A DNA stretch of 64,000 bases from an uncultured Porticoccaceae bacterium (lineage in GTDB: Bacteria > Pseudomonadota > Gammaproteobacteria > Pseudomonadales > GM7GCV1). The notes under the pieces were generated by a model that was not told the origin of the DNA, did no database searches, and saw only the letters and a list, made by a program, of their open reading frames with translations. The stretch's first letter is position 1, and the number at the start of each line of letters is the position of its first letter. The translations under genes were made by a program, and so were the position numbers. Below, piece by piece: positions 60,921 through 64,000 of the stretch. The DNA lies in assembly GCA_964623085.1 (NCBI GenBank), contig CAZUTO010000001.1:66243-130242 (forward strand), given 5' to 3'.

Positions 60921-61163
60921 TTACGATTCTGATGTTTTTTTGGCGGGCGTTTTTTCTGCTTTGATTTGCAAATCTGATATATCCAGCGCGGCTTTTACTT
61001 GAATCCAGATATCACGTTCTAGTTTATAAAAGAGTTCGTCGAGTTGTTTTGTATTTGCCGCGCCCAATACCTCCTGAGACATAGCGACAGAGATCCTTCG
61101 TTTCATAATTGGATCGCTAATAGCTTTATATAGTGCAGCTTTACGTGGTTCGCTAATATCCAA
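60921..61163 (-). CDS. Hypothetical small protein (80 aa, predicted helical)
   Basis: The ORF has a TTG start 33 nt downstream of the M48 gene stop. I recognise no motif, so coding status is uncertain. Confidence 0.4.
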   Translation of the reverse strand: MDISEPRKAALYKAISDPIMKRRISVAMSQEVLGAANTKQLDELFYKLERDIWIQVKAALDISDLQIKAEKTPAKKTSES

Positions 61164-61196
61164 CTAGTTTCATCTCTCTTGACGGTGAATGATCCT

Positions 61197-62627
61197 CTAC
61201 TCTGGGGTCTTAATCCAAGTTCCTGGCTGCGCTTCACCCTGAGGGTAATACCCGTTTATTAGTCGAAGGAAATCTTCTGTATAGCGTCCGAGTGACTGTG
61301 CCTGAGCGAGTTCGGCGAACGTTTCTCCCGGTGCCAGTTGACGATAAGTGACATTCTTTATATCGCTAGGTGGAAAGTCGCTCGGCTCCGCAGGACGAAA
61401 GCTGCGAATAACCTTAACGATGGCTTCGTCGGCTTCTTCTGACAGTGGAGACGGAGACTGAGATTCAAAAAAATAGGCGTTAGCGCCGAGCTTTACTAAG
61501 GCTACACGCTTGTCACCATCTTCTGCTTTTTCAATACCCATTAAAGCCTCGTCTTCTTCGGCGCGATCTTCATCGTAGACGCCTTCAGCATCGGTTAGGT
61601 CGGTAATCTGGTGCTCCGAAAGAAGTAACTCTTCTGCAGGCAAGCTAATATCGCTCGGTCTGGTGACATTAATATGCAATTCAATTCCTTCGTCCGAGTT
61701 CAGCATGATGGTTTGACCGCTAATGGACTGCTGCCAAGAATCGGGGTAGGCGAAAGTGACGCGCAGACCGCGGCTAGCATATCGTTCATAGCCTGGTGGT
61801 CGAACACTATTGTCATTCTCTCCAAATACGATGCCATCAATGATTTGTCTGAATTCTGTGCGGCCCACAAAGGCCTCACCAGGTGGCAGTTGCCCAGCTT
61901 GGTCAATGACTTCACGCAGTCGCTGATCATTGCGGGGATGGGAAGCAAAAACCCCATGGTAGGTCTGTGGTGATCCGCCTGCGGCTCTTGATTGTAAAGC
62001 GCTAAACGTTTGGTGGTCTTTGAGAATTCCTAGGACCTCAACGAGTGCTTCGGGGTCATAGCCTGTTTTATATAAATAGGAGGCGCCAAATTCGTCGGCC
62101 TCTAATTCCATTTCACGACCAAAACCACTCACTCTTACAGAGTTCTCCAATCGTATTGCGTCTCCAATATCGCCGTTAAACGTCGCTAGAGATGCAATAA
62201 AGGCAGCAACGCCACCGAGGGTTTGCTGTCGCGTTTGGCGCGCTGTATGTCGTTTTGTAACATGAGCAATCTCGTGAGCAAGCACAGCAGCCAGTTGTGC
62301 TTCGGAAGTCAGGTAACTCAATAGTCCTCGATTAATGTAGACATAGCCGCCTTGAATAGCAAACGCGTTGATTCCTCCGCTATCCACGATAAAAAAGTGA
62401 AATTCACGGTCTGCCCATTCGCTATTTGCTACAAGTTTCTCACCTATTTCACGGACGTAGGCATTTACTTTTTCATCGGTGTAAAAATGAGTGAATTCCG
62501 AAAGTTGCTCATGCGCCTCCCTGCCTCTTCGCTCTTCCGCAGTTTCGGCGACAAGATTAAAAGACAAAGTTGCCAAAAGCAGAAAAACGCTGGCTTGAAT
62601 CTGATGTTTTCGTAATTGATTCATCAT
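61197..62627 (-). CDS. Secreted M48-family zinc metalloprotease with extended C-terminal region ending in a LysM-like segment
   Basis: Signal peptide (ASVFLLLATLSFNLVA), HEIAH zinc motif, downstream ELEADEFG. The C-terminus (TYRQLAPGETFAELAQ...LRLINGY...PGTWIKTP) resembles LysM. Confidence 0.85.
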   Translation of the reverse strand: MMNQLRKHQIQASVFLLLATLSFNLVAETAEERRGREAHEQLSEFTHFYTDEKVNAYVREIGEKLVANSEWADREFHFFIVDSGGINAFAIQGGYVYINRGLLSYLTSEAQLAAVLAHEIAHVTKRHTARQTRQQTLGGVAAFIASLATFNGDIGDAIRLENSVRVSGFGREMELEADEFGASYLYKTGYDPEALVEVLGILKDHQTFSALQSRAAGGSPQTYHGVFASHPRNDQRLREVIDQAGQLPPGEAFVGRTEFRQIIDGIVFGENDNSVRPPGYERYASRGLRVTFAYPDSWQQSISGQTIMLNSDEGIELHINVTRPSDISLPAEELLLSEHQITDLTDAEGVYDEDRAEEDEALMGIEKAEDGDKRVALVKLGANAYFFESQSPSPLSEEADEAIVKVIRSFRPAEPSDFPPSDIKNVTYRQLAPGETFAELAQAQSLGRYTEDFLRLINGYYPQGEAQPGTWIKTPE

Positions 62628-63301
62628 TAGCTAGCCTCCTCGGAGGATTGTAAAAAATCAGCTATCTGATCGCCCATGCCGTCACAAGCATTAGCTTGGA
62701 CGCGAGCTAAAAGTGGCACTGGAATAAAAATCGCAGGGAGATATGAGGTGCCCTGAGCGTCTGTGGAGATTCTTCCAACTTCATTCGTTTCTTGAAAATC
62801 CCATATACTTGCTTCGTAATTACTTTGGTCTTCCCATACCCCAAATCCAAAACAGCCCGCTGCACCAGGTAAAATCGTACAGCTCAGCGTGCCGCCACTG
62901 CTAGTTTGTTCAGTGCCACCCTCAATCCAAATCATGTATTTGACGTTGCGCTGTTTTAGCGCATCTTCTACATAGGGTTGGTCTAGGATCTGTATGAATT
63001 TCTCAAGATTTAAAGGCGCCGTTCTAGGTTCAAACCACGGGTAGAGCGCATTTTGGAATTCGGTCTCGTCGATAACATTGAGTCCACCACCGATATTTGA
63101 CTTTAGTTTTCTGCCGACACAGCTGACTAGGCTGGGCTCAGTCTCATATTCAGAAGAATGATGGCGTCCTAGTACGACGATAGTATCTTTGCTGGGATCG
63201 ATTTGGGTATTGTCTAAACGTATCTGGTCGATAGTCACCGTAGTGCAACCAACCATTGCAGAACCTATAAATAGAAGAAGAAATAATCTACAGATATTCA
63301 T
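62627..63301 (-). CDS. Hypothetical lipoprotein (224 aa, several conserved-looking Cys)
   Basis: Lipobox FIGSAMVGC. The stop shares one base with the M48 start, and the start overlaps the upstream gene by 4 nt. Confidence 0.6.
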   Translation of the reverse strand: MNICRLFLLLFIGSAMVGCTTVTIDQIRLDNTQIDPSKDTIVVLGRHHSSEYETEPSLVSCVGRKLKSNIGGGLNVIDETEFQNALYPWFEPRTAPLNLEKFIQILDQPYVEDALKQRNVKYMIWIEGGTEQTSSGGTLSCTILPGAAGCFGFGVWEDQSNYEASIWDFQETNEVGRISTDAQGTSYLPAIFIPVPLLARVQANACDGMGDQIADFLQSSEEAS

Positions 63302-63876
63302 AGTGGAGATGCCTCAACATTATTGGACAGCCAAAGAGCGATATCTGGCTGCCGCTTGAAACCGATAGACAGCTGAGTGCCAATATCTCGCAATGCGATA
63401 TTAGTAGCCGCATTAATTGCTGTTCCGGGTCGTTTAAGAAGTGCGGTGGGTGTTTTGCCGTAACCGGTAATAATCCAGTCAGCAACGGGGTTACCATCTG
63501 CTTCTTGTATTAAAACACGGTACTTGATCCAAACCTCGTATATCTGAGAGCTGGTTTGTCGCGGTACCGCATATTGGAATTCGTCAATGGATGGCGTCAT
63601 CATTAATGTTGGCGCTGGTTCATTTCCCGTAAACATAGCATCCGTTATTGTTTCGAATAACACCTGCTGTGCGCTGCCAAGTTCGATTGTTACGTCCGAT
63701 TCTTCGCGATCATCTTCATACACATAGTTAACGAAATCGCTATCCAAATGTAATTCAAGATAGACGGGAATGGGTTCCACAAGCGGGGAAGGGTACTCCC
63801 CATCGATACTATAGGTGGAAGCACAGCTAACCAAAAACAAAGGAAAGCAAAGTATGGCCAAGCGTACGAATGTCAT
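63298..63876 (-). CDS. Hypothetical lipoprotein (192 aa)
   Basis: Lipobox PLFLVSC. It starts 10 nt downstream of the stop of the preceding partial ORF. Confidence 0.6.
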   Translation of the reverse strand: MTFVRLAILCFPLFLVSCASTYSIDGEYPSPLVEPIPVYLELHLDSDFVNYVYEDDREESDVTIELGSAQQVLFETITDAMFTGNEPAPTLMMTPSIDEFQYAVPRQTSSQIYEVWIKYRVLIQEADGNPVADWIITGYGKTPTALLKRPGTAINAATNIALRDIGTQLSIGFKRQPDIALWLSNNVEASPL

Positions 63877-63886
63877 TATTCTTGTC

Positions 63887-64000
63887 TCATCGGAAATCGT
63901 TTAACCCGACAAAGGTCCCGGCGTTTTGATGTGCCAATTCTCTCATAAGCGCCGCGAAGGGAATAACGGTATTACTGTTTGCCGCAAATTGCACAGGGAA
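63887..64000 (-). CDS. 3' end of an unidentified gene (C-terminal 37 codons; the rest lies beyond the window)
   Basis: The open minus-strand frame reads ...FPVQFAANSNTVIPFAALMRELAHQNAGTFVGLNDFR and ends at TGA (63887-63889). It is on the same strand and tightly spaced with the lipoprotein genes. Confidence 0.4.
   Translation of the reverse strand, partial: FPVQFAANSNTVIPFAALMRELAHQNAGTFVGLNDFR

Overview
This window is 64 kb of densely packed, almost entirely core chromosomal DNA from a gammaproteobacterium. Gene order follows conserved blocks known from E. coli and Pseudomonas: bepA/perM; aceEF; xseA/guaBA; cinA-recA; purB-hflD-mnmA-nudJ/idh; cspD/clpSA/infA-bpt-aat-trxB; ftsK-lolA-rarA-crcB-serS-cysG; gor-yhhQ; folD/tRNAs/tig-clpPX-lon-hupB-ppiD; uvrB; thrS-infC-rpmI-rplT-pheST-ihfA-merR. 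I call 55 protein-coding genes, two of them cut by the window edges. There are 7 tRNAs: Pro-UGG, Arg-UCU, His-GUG, Leu-UAG, Asn-GUU, Val-GAC and Pro-GGG. I also call several rho-independent terminators, a LexA box at recA, a sigma32-type promoter at lon, stringent-type tRNA promoters, a thrS anticodon-arm-mimic hairpin and an ATT-initiated infC. I saw no rRNA, no CRISPR array, no transposase, integrase or phage genes, and no IS-like terminal repeats. Several ORF-track entries are N-terminally over-extended (serS, tig, lolA, yhhQ, crcB, purB, hflD, nudJ, idh) or under-called (infC); corrected starts are given. I did not find a convincing novel multi-gene system. The three loci not explained by housekeeping annotation are: (1) a tightly coupled operon of a QueD/PTPS-fold protein lacking the catalytic Cys and His, an SDR and an alpha/beta hydrolase, lying between folD and yhhQ; (2) a translationally coupled envelope operon at the right edge (unknown gene, two unrelated lipoproteins, an M48 protease with a LysM-like tail, a small ORF); (3) a repeat-rich acidic lipoprotein inserted antisense inside a tRNA cluster. 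All functional calls rest on my reading of the translated sequences and motifs; no database search was run.
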